From a virus, in IMG/VR virus record IMGVR_UViG_3300045988_162923: a DNA stretch of 64,000 bases; one strand, written 5' to 3'. The position numbers were made by a program, and so were the translations under genes. The notes below the pieces were generated by a model. The model did no database searches. It saw nothing but the letters and a program-made list of their open reading frames with translations, and was not told the origin of the DNA. Below are positions 16,698 through 26,847 of this stretch, one piece after another. Position 1 is the first letter of the stretch. Every line of letters begins with the position of its first letter.

Positions 16698-18113
16698 TTA
16701 CTTCTGCTGATTACTAAGCAACATCATCGGAAGGAGCTTATCCTTCATCGAAGCGCCGTCCGCTTCATCAGAAGCAAGAAAATACAACATCATAGGATTC
16801 ATATTGCTCATATTGCCACCATTTGCCAGCATAGACATCATAAGAATATCCTTCATATCCATGTCCTTATTGTCATCGCTCATCATCATCAACGGCAGCA
16901 TATTACCAAAAGGCATATCAGAAGACGGCTGAGTTACACCATTCATATCGAACAAAGAAACAATCTTTGTAACAAAATCGAAATGGAACATATTACGCAT
17001 CGGCATAATAGTTTTCTTCTCACCAGCACGGATATCAACCGCGATCAAATCACCAGTGTTCTCAGCAAAACCAACTACAAACATCGGGGTTCTATTATGG
17101 ATAATAACATCGCCGACCTTAACATCCTTAATAGCGACCGGCAGCTTAAACATATACTTAGCGCCATCAAAGTTGAACACATCAACGTCGATAATTTCAC
17201 CGCTCGCCGCATCATAAGATACATAAGTGCCGGCGGCATTCTTAATAGCGATACCATACATAGACATTCTCACATTATCATTTGCACACGGACCAAAATC
17301 AAAATTACCAAACTTCATTTTATTATTTTCCTTTCTTTTATCCCATTCTTCGTTAAAAATTTTTCGTGCTGTATCTTCAATACTATCAGCAAGAGAAATA
17401 GTACTTGTTGTGATAGGAGAAGAGCTGATAGAATATCCATCAATAGCTTTCCCAGAACCAATATTATAATCTCCTACTTGAATAGTTGTTGCTGAGCTAG
17501 TACTACCAACAGTAACAGTAGCACTTGTAGTGCTAGAAGTAGAACCAATATTTTCTGATTGAGAAGCAAAAGCTGTGGGCTGAACACTATTATAATAATC
17601 CGATGTTGCTAATTTTACTTTATTTAAAGCCTCTTTAACTTCTTGAGAACTCATAATATATTCAGTGCCTTGCTTTACAACATCATCAACAAGTTTAAAA
17701 TTATTAATAATTTCTTTATTATTATCAATATTCTTGATATATTCTTTATGCTTAATATACTTATCTTCTGTATCATCTTTAGAGGTGGAAGTCCAAAGTG
17801 CTTTATCGAGATAATCATTAGTACAATAAATCATCTCTAGTTTATCATCATCCCAGAACAAATCATACAGAAAATCGCCAAATGAACTATCATGGCGTTC
17901 AAAAGAAATCATTGTGCGAGGCTTCCCATTACGATCCTCACCCAAAGTAAGATATGCTCTACCATGAATATTAAGAATAAACATTCTGCCATCTTCAATA
18001 GCAGTTTTAATTTTGCGCCAATCATCTCGTGGCATTTTCTGATAATATTTAGCACTTACTTGATAGCTAAATTCATCAAAAATGCGCTTCATTTGATTAG
18101 TAGTAATAATCAT
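16698..18113 (-). CDS. Hypothetical protein (471 aa) with Met/Asp-rich low-complexity C-terminus; standard code
   Basis: Long ORF from the track. No recognisable motif. Confidence 0.55.
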   Translation of the reverse strand: MIITTNQMKRIFDEFSYQVSAKYYQKMPRDDWRKIKTAIEDGRMFILNIHGRAYLTLGEDRNGKPRTMISFERHDSSFGDFLYDLFWDDDKLEMIYCTNDYLDKALWTSTSKDDTEDKYIKHKEYIKNIDNNKEIINNFKLVDDVVKQGTEYIMSSQEVKEALNKVKLATSDYYNSVQPTAFASQSENIGSTSSTTSATVTVGSTSSATTIQVGDYNIGSGKAIDGYSISSSPITTSTISLADSIEDTARKIFNEEWDKRKENNKMKFGNFDFGPCANDNVRMSMYGIAIKNAAGTYVSYDAASGEIIDVDVFNFDGAKYMFKLPVAIKDVKVGDVIIHNRTPMFVVGFAENTGDLIAVDIRAGEKKTIMPMRNMFHFDFVTKIVSLFDMNGVTQPSSDMPFGNMLPLMMMSDDNKDMDMKDILMMSMLANGGNMSNMNPMMLYFLASDEADGASMKDKLLPMMLLSNQQK

Positions 18114-18124
18114 TTATCTAACTC

Positions 18125-18349
18125 CTAATTCATTCTTCGTTCAACCTCTTTTTTAATGTAATCAAGGTCACTTTGCGACAAGGAACTCGAAATAGTAATT
18201 TCAGTCTCACCTGCGCAAATTTTATCAATAATATTTTCAATCTCAGAAGTATGAAATGCGTAAGCAGAAAATGCTCTATTTTCTACAGCGCAATCATTAA
18301 CTACTGGACTCCATAAATCAAATGCGCAATGATTGCTATGGTGATACAT
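18125..18349 (-). CDS. Small hypothetical protein (74 aa)
   Basis: ORF from the track. Confidence 0.35.
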   Translation of the reverse strand: MYHHSNHCAFDLWSPVVNDCAVENRAFSAYAFHTSEIENIIDKICAGETEITISSSLSQSDLDYIKKEVERRMN

Positions 18350-18360
18350 ATTACCCCTCC

Positions 18361-18591
18361 TTAGAAATTAACTGCGTTCTTAAAATCTTCCAAAGCGCTC
18401 TTAGTCATTTCAAGGCAAGCGCGATTATCAAAATCTTCAATGATAATCTGTGTAATATCCTTAGTACAATATTCCTCATAAACATTGCCCATAGCATCGC
18501 TATAATCTTCGCCAGTCGTAATACCATAAAAATATTCAACTTCATCGCCATGACGGACACCAACTGTGTAAGTAAAATAGCAATATTCCAT
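18361..18591 (-). CDS. Small hypothetical protein (76 aa)
   Basis: ORF from the track. Consensus promoter 18644-18672 immediately upstream. Confidence 0.4.
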   Translation of the reverse strand: MEYCYFTYTVGVRHGDEVEYFYGITTGEDYSDAMGNVYEEYCTKDITQIIIEDFDNRACLEMTKSALEDFKNAVNF

Positions 18592-18643
18592 ATCTACGCA
18601 CTCTCCTTTATTTCATTTATCTCTTTCTTTATCTTACATATAT

Positions 18644-18672
18644 ATTATATCATTTATTTTTTATAAAATCAA
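18644..18672 (-). promoter_or_regulatory. Consensus promoter TTGATT-17-TATAAT (minus strand) + conserved leader
   Basis: Reverse complement reads TTGATTTTATAAAAAATAAATGATATAAT. Confidence 0.55.
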
Positions 18673-18676
18673 AAAA

Positions 18677-18700
18677 GGGAGGATTATCTCCTCCCTTTTA
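18677..18700 (-). terminator. Hairpin terminator GGGAGGA-TTATC-TCCTCCC flanked by A/T runs
   Basis: Perfect 7-bp GC stem. Terminates the small membrane-peptide genes at ~18700-18850. Confidence 0.5.
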
Positions 18701-18892
18701 TTATTTCATTCGGTGCCAACAATCTAAAGCGAAAGCAATTCCTATAATACAAATACAGGCAAGAAGTCCAAGAACCGCAGGATCACAATCCATAATTAAC
18801 CTCCTTATCGCAATATCAAAACTACAATAGCAGCAATCATAACTGCGAACACAAAAGCATCTACAAGATGACTAGTTAATTTTCCAAATTTA

Positions 18893-19348
18893 TTATCCAA
18901 AATACAACCACCATTTCGCAGTAGAGATTTCAGCGATCTCCAATTTTAGATTTTTAATTGAAATTAAATACTCATTATAAATATTTAATTGCTTCTGAAC
19001 AATTTCATTACTAGACAGTTCAGGATAAATAGAAGCAAAAATAACAGCATTATCAGGAGCCAACGCAGTATAAGTCTCTTTTTCATGGTCTAAATAATTC
19101 TGAACAACAGGATTAATACTATTTTCAATATTAGTCATTTCTTCCTGATATACAGTAATTTTTTGCTCAAGCGTATTAGCCTTAACAATTTTATTTACAT
19201 TAAAAAGACAACAAATTATTACAACAACAAGCATAACAAGTGAAATGGCAAACACTGTAGAACCGGCATCAGAATAAGGCTTCTTAAACCAGAGGATAAC
19301 ACCCAAACTAATACAAACAAGGGAAATTACAAAAAATACAATAAACAT
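18893..19348 (-). CDS. Membrane protein (N-terminal two TM helices), 151 aa
   Basis: ORF from the track. Hydrophobic N-terminus. Confidence 0.45.
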   Translation of the reverse strand: MFIVFFVISLVCISLGVILWFKKPYSDAGSTVFAISLVMLVVVIICCLFNVNKIVKANTLEQKITVYQEEMTNIENSINPVVQNYLDHEKETYTALAPDNAVIFASIYPELSSNEIVQKQLNIYNEYLISIKNLKLEIAEISTAKWWLYFG

Positions 19349-19359
19349 ATTAATTCTCC

Positions 19360-19806
19360 TTAAATAGTACGATACACAGTTTTATCAGCATAGACATTAA
19401 TATCCTTATTGCGCCAAACATCGCAATCATCTATAACAAAAGAATTTAATCTTTCCCATACTTTATAGCCATTGAACATAGTAAAATCAAAATCATTAAA
19501 AATAACCGTAGAAACCTGTCCAGTAGCTAAATCACAAAAAGTTAGGTAGGTCCAGCCATAAGTGCCACTACCATCACTATAATTAGCATATTGAATAGCA
19601 TCACAGGTTACATAAAAACGCCCACGCCACAGATTGTCATGAAGAACGCTGTCATTTAGATCTTTAATTACCTTTACAATTTTCCGCTTCAGATTCTGCT
19701 TACTCTTGGAGCTATGAGATCCTTCCCAATAAGTTTTGTCCTTATTCCGAATACAATCACAAAAATAATTTTTACGCTTTGACATTTTCCTTCCATCCTT
19801 CCTCAA
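19360..19806 (-). CDS. Hypothetical protein (148 aa)
   Basis: ORF from the track. Confidence 0.45.
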   Translation of the reverse strand: MRKDGRKMSKRKNYFCDCIRNKDKTYWEGSHSSKSKQNLKRKIVKVIKDLNDSVLHDNLWRGRFYVTCDAIQYANYSDGSGTYGWTYLTFCDLATGQVSTVIFNDFDFTMFNGYKVWERLNSFVIDDCDVWRNKDINVYADKTVYRTI

Positions 19807-20182
19807 TCACAGTAATAAAAATAGCCTTATTTTCAGTCCAAGCAAATACATAACTATTCCAAAAATTGGGATACCATGTAAAATCAACCCCATATTTATA
19901 CCCATAACTATCCAGCGTTTCCATAAGGTCAGAAATTGCTCCATTGCGGCATCTATGAGTCTCATAATGAGAATTATTCTCCATGCTGGTTACTTCATAT
20001 TCTTTAAAAATATCTTGCATAATAGTATAGATATTTTTCTTGTGTCGAATTACGCCAAGAGCTTTCAACATATCTTCGTCAGTGTAATATTCTTTTACTT
20101 TTCCCATATTAAATCTCCATACATCTTGAAAGAATAGTTTCCTTACAATTTCTAAACATTTTATGATCTTTAACTGTACCAC
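19772..20182 (-). CDS. Hypothetical protein (136 aa)
   Basis: ORF from the track. Confidence 0.45.
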   Translation of the reverse strand: MVQLKIIKCLEIVRKLFFQDVWRFNMGKVKEYYTDEDMLKALGVIRHKKNIYTIMQDIFKEYEVTSMENNSHYETHRCRNGAISDLMETLDSYGYKYGVDFTWYPNFWNSYVFAWTENKAIFITVIEEGWKENVKA

Positions 20183-20837
20183 GAATATGATGAACAGTGC
20201 CTACTTCCCATTTCTTAGAAGCAGTTGTCCAAAGGAAAATGTTATCATTTTCATCTTTGAAAGTATGCATCGTAGCCACACCGAACTGTCCATCAGTATC
20301 ATAAGTCTTTATGACAGTGACAGTAAGCTCAATACGCTGACCAATTTCACCAACATATTCGCTCGGATCTTCATCATAAAGCAGAGTATCAACAAATGCC
20401 TTTACCTTGGCATCAGGGAACAACTTACCATCCTCGCCACCAACATCTTCCCACTTTAACTGAATAGGAGTTACATCAGTCGGCAAATCCGTAGGCAGTT
20501 CTTCAGTAGAAATAAAATACCAGCCCCACAAACGAGTATAGCGAGCAGAAGACTGCTTAAACCATTCGCGATCCTCATAACAATTACCCTTGAAGATAGT
20601 AATATAACCCTTTTCAAAACCAAGAACTTCTTTCTGAGTTTTGCCCGCCTTAATTACTTTGACTTCTGGATAATACCGCGCATACTCAGTATCGCTATAC
20701 CAGCGGCACTTACGAATTGTACCAGTCGAAGGATTCTTCATATTTACATACTGCTTACCACCCGACAGGAAAATGTCACCAACCTGAGTATAAGACTGAA
20801 AACTCTTAGCAACCGGCATAATATCAATTCCTTTCAT
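20109..20837 (-). CDS. Hypothetical protein (242 aa)
   Basis: ORF from the track. Promoter 20858-20886 upstream. Confidence 0.5.
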   Translation of the reverse strand: MKGIDIMPVAKSFQSYTQVGDIFLSGGKQYVNMKNPSTGTIRKCRWYSDTEYARYYPEVKVIKAGKTQKEVLGFEKGYITIFKGNCYEDREWFKQSSARYTRLWGWYFISTEELPTDLPTDVTPIQLKWEDVGGEDGKLFPDAKVKAFVDTLLYDEDPSEYVGEIGQRIELTVTVIKTYDTDGQFGVATMHTFKDENDNIFLWTTASKKWEVGTVHHIRGTVKDHKMFRNCKETILSRCMEI

Positions 20838-20857
20838 TTCTTATCTTTTATAATAAT

Positions 20858-20886
20858 ATTATAATATATTTTTTATAAAAAATCAA
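20858..20886 (-). promoter_or_regulatory. Consensus promoter TTGATT-17-TATAAT (minus strand)
   Basis: Reverse complement reads TTGATTTTTTATAAAAAATATATTATAAT. Confidence 0.55.
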
Positions 20887-20915
20887 AGCTATTCTTTTGA
20901 ATAGCTTTGATTTTT
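20885..20915 (-). terminator. Hairpin terminator AAAGCTATTC-TTTT-GAATAGCTTT + T-run
   Basis: 10-bp perfect stem, just downstream (minus sense) of the lipoprotein gene. Confidence 0.5.
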
Positions 20916-20922
20916 ATATATA

Positions 20923-21594
20923 TTAATTAAAAACGCTCAAATCAACAATGGCGAAATTTGCGCGATGGACATAAACTGGCATACCATCAATCATAATTTC
21001 AGTGGTCTTCGGTAAATTACGAGAGACTTCCCAAGAAACATTATCGCCATTGAACATACAAATCGGATTACCATTCTGTGACTGAATAATAACCATACGA
21101 GAGCGCACAGTAGTATTACTTTGATTTTTAGTAATAAACCACCAATTCAAACTCCAATAATCACTAGCACGCAGATCACTCGGAGCAGTAACGCTATAAC
21201 CATTCTCAGTAGTTAAATCAACATTCTGCGGAATATCAATATCAATTTTTTCAAGTCGAGTATCATAGAACAAAACAGTCGAACCGCACGACTCAATCTT
21301 ATTACCATCAATATCAATAGACATTACAGAAGAAGTAGTCCAATTAGAAATCCAACTTCCGTCACTATCATAAGCGTATTCCTTAATCTTATTAGGAGAA
21401 ATATTAAAACTATTACCTTCAACACTCAACCACTGATCGCCGTAATTATCATAAAAATCAGCGACATAAGAAATCTTTACCGCATCACCGGTCTCTGAGC
21501 TTGAAGCATCCATAGTAATGGTGCTAACATCGGCACAAGCACAAAGGTTGAGAAGAAGAACAATCGTAAAAATTACCGCCATAATCTTTTTCAT
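20923..21594 (-). CDS. Putative lipoprotein (signal peptide + lipobox LLNLCAC), 223 aa
   Basis: MKKIMAVIFTIVLLLNLCACADV... Candidate superinfection-exclusion or surface protein. Confidence 0.55.
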   Translation of the reverse strand: MKKIMAVIFTIVLLLNLCACADVSTITMDASSSETGDAVKISYVADFYDNYGDQWLSVEGNSFNISPNKIKEYAYDSDGSWISNWTTSSVMSIDIDGNKIESCGSTVLFYDTRLEKIDIDIPQNVDLTTENGYSVTAPSDLRASDYWSLNWWFITKNQSNTTVRSRMVIIQSQNGNPICMFNGDNVSWEVSRNLPKTTEIMIDGMPVYVHRANFAIVDLSVFN

Positions 21595-21606
21595 TTTATT
21601 TCCTCC

Positions 21607-21885
21607 TTAATCCTGATTAAATTCAATGGCTTCATAAACATCAAGCAGGCATCGCTCACTAAGATAAACAAACATTTCATTCTTAGTCATTCCATACCAC
21701 CAATCGTAGGGGAAGATATCGCCTTCATACTCCAATTGCTGAGAATACATAATAGATTCTTCAATTTCTTCATTGATATAATCGCAAGCAAGTTCCATCA
21801 AATCTTCCCATGAAACATTGGTAAACACCTGCCGATTATACATATCGCCATAATTATCATCAATTTCAAGAATACCAACTGTCAT
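21607..21885 (-). CDS. Small acidic hypothetical protein (92 aa)
   Basis: ORF from the track. Confidence 0.4.
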   Translation of the reverse strand: MTVGILEIDDNYGDMYNRQVFTNVSWEDLMELACDYINEEIEESIMYSQQLEYEGDIFPYDWWYGMTKNEMFVYLSERCLLDVYEAIEFNQD

Positions 21886-21886
21886 A

Positions 21887-22156
21887 TTAATCCTCCCCGT
21901 ACCAAATCCCAGTATTTACATCGAGTCTATACTTCTCAGTATCGTTTTTTTCCAAAGAATGAAGGGTATATTCATCAATAAGGTTTTGTGCTTTTTCGTA
22001 ATAATCTTTATTTTCAAAGCGATAAACATCAGTAAAATTCATTGAACCAATAATAATTTTATAAGCATAATTTTCTTTAAAAAAACGTACTGTAATAGCC
22101 TGTGATAAATTTATATAAATGTACTCTTCTTCGCTAATCTGTATTTTTACTAACAT
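21887..22156 (-). CDS. Small hypothetical protein (89 aa)
   Basis: ORF from the track. Promoter 22184-22212 upstream. Confidence 0.4.
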   Translation of the reverse strand: MLVKIQISEEEYIYINLSQAITVRFFKENYAYKIIIGSMNFTDVYRFENKDYYEKAQNLIDEYTLHSLEKNDTEKYRLDVNTGIWYGED

Positions 22157-22183
22157 TTATTATTTCCTCACTTTCTATATATA

Positions 22184-22212
22184 TTATATTATATTTTTCA
22201 TAAAAAATCAAA
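22184..22212 (-). promoter_or_regulatory. Consensus promoter TTGATT-17-TATAAT (minus strand)
   Basis: Reverse complement reads TTGATTTTTTATGAAAAATATAATATAAT. Confidence 0.5.
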
Positions 22213-22522
22213 GAAGGTCTTAATTTTCATTAAGACCTTCTGAAGCGCGGCAATATAACATAATGAGGGGCCAAATAATTTTAACCAAGTCAGGATACGC
22301 AGTTTGCGCACATAATGTTTCTATCTTTTTGTCTTCTACTATTGGATCATAAGCATTTTGATTTTGAGATAATTTAATTTTAATTAAATTTTTAGATAAA
22401 TCAATTCTTGTTTCCAAGAGTTCAAGAATTTTATTATCATAATCCGCAATCTAATGCCGCAAATCACTACAAGTATCAAGATATTCAGAAATATCCATTA
22501 CTTTTTCTTTCCCTTCTTTCTT

Positions 22523-23323
22523 TTATACAATATTATACATTGAACTTATTATTTCATTATAATTTAAATGAGACAAAGATGTATATGGAATACGCTTTAA
22601 AATAATATTATTCTTTTTACAATATTCATTTTTTAAATTATCTCTAAATTGAATATCTTCTAATGTGTCTTTAGTATGGCTCCAAGTATTTGTATCTGGT
22701 CCAGTATAATGTTGTTTACCATCAAATTCAATTAAATATTGTAGATTATCGTCTTTATCAAAAATAGCAAAATCAAAGCGTAATCTATAATTAGTTAATG
22801 GATTTCGTAAATCTGGAAAAGTATATTCAGTTTTATAATTTATATTATAATTATTTAATATATCTTTTATAATTTCTTCTCCTCGAGAAGAAATACACCC
22901 ACAAGAGATAATGGCTCCAGAATTTAAATCATTTCCTCGAATAGATTTAATATTTCCACAATCACACTAACAAATATACCAACTTTCATTTTTATCTCTA
23001 CTAGCCTGTTTTCTTAATCCTTCATACTTTATAACTACTAATTTACCAAATCTATCGCCAATCTAAATAGTTCTTTGATTTTCATTATACTTTTTCATTC
23101 GAGTGCTTGCTTTAATTCTATTCTAACATCCACATGATGGGTCTTTTGCTTTTGTAAAGTATGGCATTGCCATTGGTTTAATAGTCCCACAATCACATTT
23201 ACATACCCACATAGTTTGAGTTTTATTATTTACAGTACGATACAAAGCAGTTAAATGACCAAATCTCTAATTAGTTATATCTTTAGCTTGCCCTAAAGGT
23301 ATTTTTTTATATATTTTTTCCAT
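22523..23323 (-). CDS. Homing-endonuclease-like protein: two Zn-ribbon repeats + DUF559-like PD-(D/E)XK domain ([22 protein letters not shown]); TAG-recoded (4 TAG)
   Basis: MEKIYKKIPLGQAKDITN-Q-RFGHLTAL...WVCKCDCG...SCGC-Q-NRIK...YIC-Q-CDCGN. The DGKQHY here uses CAA for Q where paralogues use TAG. Inserted among standard-code early genes. Confidence 0.6.
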
Positions 23324-23402
23324 AATTTAATAATTACCTCCTATTATTTATATTATATATAAATAATAGGAGGTATCATTTAACCGTTTTTGTCCATGAA
23401 TG

Positions 23403-24137
23403 TTACGGCAGCTTCTTTTTCTGTTTTCTTTTTCTACTTCTTACAGTCGCAGCATTAATTACAGCTCTATGAATAGATTCAACTTTAGCTAAATACCCTT
23501 GGGTCACCCATCCTTTAAGATTAATAGGTGTATAGCCAATAACATCAGCGCAAACATTATAATGAAATTTATCTTTATAGATAGGACCAGAGTGATTATG
23601 ACCGTGTAAATTTACAGCCCACTCAATGCCTTCAAGCGGCTCATGAGACAGAATAAGTTTCGGTCCAATGGTAAGAACACCTTCATACACTTCATCGAAC
23701 AAACAGTTATCGGCACTTACAGTCCAATACTCAAAAGGTGACTGAAAGCCATAACCTTCATCAACTTCATACTTACAATGAGGATAAAGCCGTTTCATTT
23801 CAAGGAGTGCTTCATCCTTCTGATATTTTTCTTTATCGAATTTTTCAGTTACAATTTCGCGCTCATAGTTGGATCGACCGGTATCATGGTTTCCAAGAAT
23901 AAGAATCTTATATCCTTTGAGCTTGCGCACGCAAGAAATATCACCTACATCGCCGAGTAGAATAAAAGTATCATGCTTACCAACTTTGTTATTAATGTTT
24001 GTAATTAATTCTTCATCTGTTGGACGCTTTGTAAAGCCAGATTTAATATCACGATCGCCAAAATGCGTATCGCCCATCAGCCATACAGCGCCCTTTTTGC
24101 CCCAATTATCAAAACAATTATAAAGACCGGGAACCAT
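23403..24137 (-). CDS. Calcineurin-like metallophosphoesterase (GDTHFG, GDVGD, GNHD, HGHNH motifs); standard code
   Basis: 244-aa ORF. Canonical phosphoesterase signature GDxHG...GDxxD...GNH[DE]...GH. Confidence 0.7.
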   Translation of the reverse strand: MVPGLYNCFDNWGKKGAVWLMGDTHFGDRDIKSGFTKRPTDEELITNINNKVGKHDTFILLGDVGDISCVRKLKGYKILILGNHDTGRSNYEREIVTEKFDKEKYQKDEALLEMKRLYPHCKYEVDEGYGFQSPFEYWTVSADNCLFDEVYEGVLTIGPKLILSHEPLEGIEWAVNLHGHNHSGPIYKDKFHYNVCADVIGYTPINLKGWVTQGYLAKVESIHRAVINAATVRSRKRKQKKKLP

Positions 24138-24384
24138 ATTATACCTCCTTTTAATTATTTACCAGAGATAAAGTGGAACTCCTCCAAGGAAAAGACTAAA
24201 TTCTTTATCTTTGTTCTCATTGTTCCACTTTTCTACATACCTTTCCGCACTTTTATGGGTCAAAAAATATTCAGACAAATTAAGATTTTCGTCCTTAAAA
24301 CGGACACCGACTTCATATACACAAATAGACGGATTTTTCAACCAATTCTTAATACGATTAAACATTTTTGCCCAAGCGCCCCTT

Positions 24385-24621
24385 TCACCAATTCACATTA
24401 TCTTCAATTTCTCTTAGCGCGTCACTATCAACAATGAGACATGAGCTATCGGATAATTCCGCAAGAGTGATCTCATTAATATTATCATAATGACGCCACA
24501 CTTTCATAATAGCATCTTGATAGCCTGTACCGCTATCCTCTTCACTATGAACGATTCCGCATTGAGAGTCATCTTTATGATTTACTTCATCATAAAACTT
24601 AACTTTATATCTATAAAACAT
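24385..24621 (-). CDS. Small hypothetical protein (78 aa)
   Basis: ORF from the track. Confidence 0.35.
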   Translation of the reverse strand: MFYRYKVKFYDEVNHKDDSQCGIVHSEEDSGTGYQDAIMKVWRHYDNINEITLAELSDSSCLIVDSDALREIEDNVNW

Positions 24622-24632
24622 CTTAATTCTCC

Positions 24633-24899
24633 TTAGCCCAGATCAATAAGGATACCTTCGTAATGAGGAAAAACCTTTTTCAGATAATTATAAATCTTTT
24701 GACCATCTTCCGGAGTCAAATCATTATCGTATTCTTCTCCGGTATATTCGATACAGTCATCAAAATATAACATTTCAAAAGATTCAGTATTATCACTGAA
24801 AAATGTTTCTTTTACATCAATATCAATACCAAGTTCATCTCTGATGGCATCTTCAAAATCATAGTATCCAACAACTGGCACAAGAGTATAAATTAACAT
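24633..24899 (-). CDS. Small acidic hypothetical protein (88 aa)
   Basis: ORF from the track. Confidence 0.4.
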   Translation of the reverse strand: MLIYTLVPVVGYYDFEDAIRDELGIDIDVKETFFSDNTESFEMLYFDDCIEYTGEEYDNDLTPEDGQKIYNYLKKVFPHYEGILIDLG

Positions 24900-24911
24900 A
24901 ATTATTCTCCT

Positions 24912-25367
24912 TTAAGTAATGGGTTTAGAAATACCCGTTGGTAATGTAATAAAAGTTCTTTCAGGAATAAGAGGAATCATATTAAATGCGACTCTAAAAT
25001 CAGAATAAGAAGTTACTTTTTTATTATAAATATGTGGAACTTCATCGTCTTCAACCGCATCAATAATACAATTTTCAAGATTATAAGTTGCGATATTGCC
25101 ATCATCATATTTTACTACAATAGTGTTATTTTTATTAAAATGAACGAATTCCTCTTCACTAATAGGGATAAGGTCATAATCATATTTGATATAAGCATTA
25201 ACACCTACATCATCAGAGCCAAGCAGACAAAAAAGACCGCAAACAAAATTTAGAAAAAGCGCAAATATTGCGAAAACACCAATAAGCGCAATACAATCAC
25301 CAAAATGTGGACGGACAGTACAAATAAGATAAACAACTATAGCAGATGCCAAAAAAATCCAAATCAT
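24912..25367 (-). CDS. Membrane protein (151 aa)
   Basis: ORF from the track. Hydrophobic N-terminal half. Confidence 0.4.
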   Translation of the reverse strand: MIWIFLASAIVVYLICTVRPHFGDCIALIGVFAIFALFLNFVCGLFCLLGSDDVGVNAYIKYDYDLIPISEEEFVHFNKNNTIVVKYDDGNIATYNLENCIIDAVEDDEVPHIYNKKVTSYSDFRVAFNMIPLIPERTFITLPTGISKPIT

Positions 25368-25482
25368 TTATTTCATCCTTTCCCACTAATATATAAAACA
25401 AGAGCAATAACTGCAAGTACAAGTAAAACTGCGACAGCCATTACTGCGGCAACACTCAAAATAACACAAAAGAGCATATCAA

Positions 25483-25749
25483 TCATTTATTTTCCTCTTT
25501 CTTATAAACATAATCAACACCATAAGTATGAAGATGGTTGTCATCATCAATCCAAGAGAAAACGCCAAATCCGCCTTCCATATTGGGCCAATCAGAATAG
25601 TCAAATCTATATTCTGCGGAAGTCTGATATTCAAAGTAATTTAAGACTTCTTCAATCATATCAGCATAGCAGACATGAGCTTCATTACTTACACGATATT
25701 TATTTGCACTTTGAAGAATGTAACGAAAATGAGTTAATTTATTTTCCAT
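25483..25749 (-). CDS. Small hypothetical protein (88 aa)
   Basis: ORF from the track. Confidence 0.4.
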   Translation of the reverse strand: MENKLTHFRYILQSANKYRVSNEAHVCYADMIEEVLNYFEYQTSAEYRFDYSDWPNMEGGFGVFSWIDDDNHLHTYGVDYVYKKEENK

Positions 25750-25752
25750 ATT

Positions 25753-26055
25753 TTAACCCTTCTTATGAGCAAATACATGATTATTCAATAAAACAAATTC
25801 TTTATTTATTTCTTCTGGATGACGATCATAATACATTTCAATGGCAGAATCCCCTCTTACAGGGAAACGACTTTCTATTTGATCAACATACAAGATTGCA
25901 CCATCACATTCTTCCATTACGTCATAGAAAAAGACTGGAAGTTCAGGGTCACACTTTTGAAGCTGCTCAATAAGTTCCTTAACCTTCATCTTCTTCCTCC
26001 TCATAACCATAAATTTCGCCATCCTGAATACTGCGGAAATGATTCTCGCCGGCAT
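25753..26055 (-). CDS. Small hypothetical protein (100 aa)
   Basis: ORF from the track. Confidence 0.4.
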   Translation of the reverse strand: MPARIISAVFRMAKFMVMRRKKMKVKELIEQLQKCDPELPVFFYDVMEECDGAILYVDQIESRFPVRGDSAIEMYYDRHPEEINKEFVLLNNHVFAHKKG

Positions 26056-26332
26056 AAAGACGATCCAAATAAGTCCGATGCTGTGCTATGGCTTCTTCGC
26101 GATTCTTAGTGCGATAAAGGATACACCATTCAGACTGATCTTCAACGAAGGAAACCGCGGTTTCATAGGCCTGAACATCATTAACAAATGCAGTATCAAG
26201 AGTAATGTAAGTCTTACCTTTCATAAAGGTAACATTACCAATTACCTCGCCTCGAAGAGCTTCAAGAAAATTATTCGTAATAAAGTTCGTAAACATTTCA
26301 TAATCACTCAAAAAAGTAGTAGTTTCCTTCAT
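25979..26332 (-). CDS. Hypothetical protein (117 aa)
   Basis: ORF from the track. Promoter 26374-26402 upstream. Confidence 0.45.
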   Translation of the reverse strand: MKETTTFLSDYEMFTNFITNNFLEALRGEVIGNVTFMKGKTYITLDTAFVNDVQAYETAVSFVEDQSEWCILYRTKNREEAIAQHRTYLDRLYAGENHFRSIQDGEIYGYEEEEDEG

Positions 26333-26373
26333 AAATCGTATCTCCTTTATTATTTTCTTTATTTTATATAAAT

Positions 26374-26402
26374 ATTATAATATATTTTTTATAAAAAATC
26401 AA
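26374..26402 (-). promoter_or_regulatory. Consensus promoter TTGATT-17-TATAAT (minus strand)
   Basis: Reverse complement reads TTGATTTTTTATAAAAAATATATTATAAT (same as the 20858 copy). Confidence 0.55.
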
Positions 26403-26403
26403 T

Positions 26404-26434
26404 AAAGGTCTTTTGGTATAACCAAAAGACCTTT
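26404..26434 (-). terminator. Hairpin terminator AAAGGTCTTTTGG-TATAA-CCAAAAGACCTTT
   Basis: 13-bp perfect inverted repeat. Confidence 0.5.
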
Positions 26435-26439
26435 AATAG

Positions 26440-26847
26440 TTAATTAAAAGGAATTAATTCGATATTCTTCCAACAAGATGGAACAAACCAACTTGTCCAA
26501 AGATTCTCTGCCATTGCTTGCTTACCGCGTACACGCTCATTAAATTCTGTGATCTGATTAAACAATTCATTTGCGCCATAATTAATATCATTAAGATAAA
26601 GCTGGTTATTATACTGATAAATAAGTGAATCGCGTTGAACTTCAAGAGCTTGAGCAGTAGCAATACCGGTAATCTGATTTCCAATAATCGCTACTAGACA
26701 AACGATAACACAAATAACCATGAGAATGAACAAAATGGTAAAAATGACATTTAAAACAAGGACTGGTCCTTTATACCCATCTTCAGTGGCTTTCATAATA
26801 AAATATGAAATAATACAAAGAACAATTGCGCCAATAAACAGTAACAT
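26440..26847 (-). CDS. Membrane protein (135 aa, two TM helices)
   Basis: ORF from the track. Confidence 0.4.
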   Translation of the reverse strand: MLLFIGAIVLCIISYFIMKATEDGYKGPVLVLNVIFTILFILMVICVIVCLVAIIGNQITGIATAQALEVQRDSLIYQYNNQLYLNDINYGANELFNQITEFNERVRGKQAMAENLWTSWFVPSCWKNIELIPFN

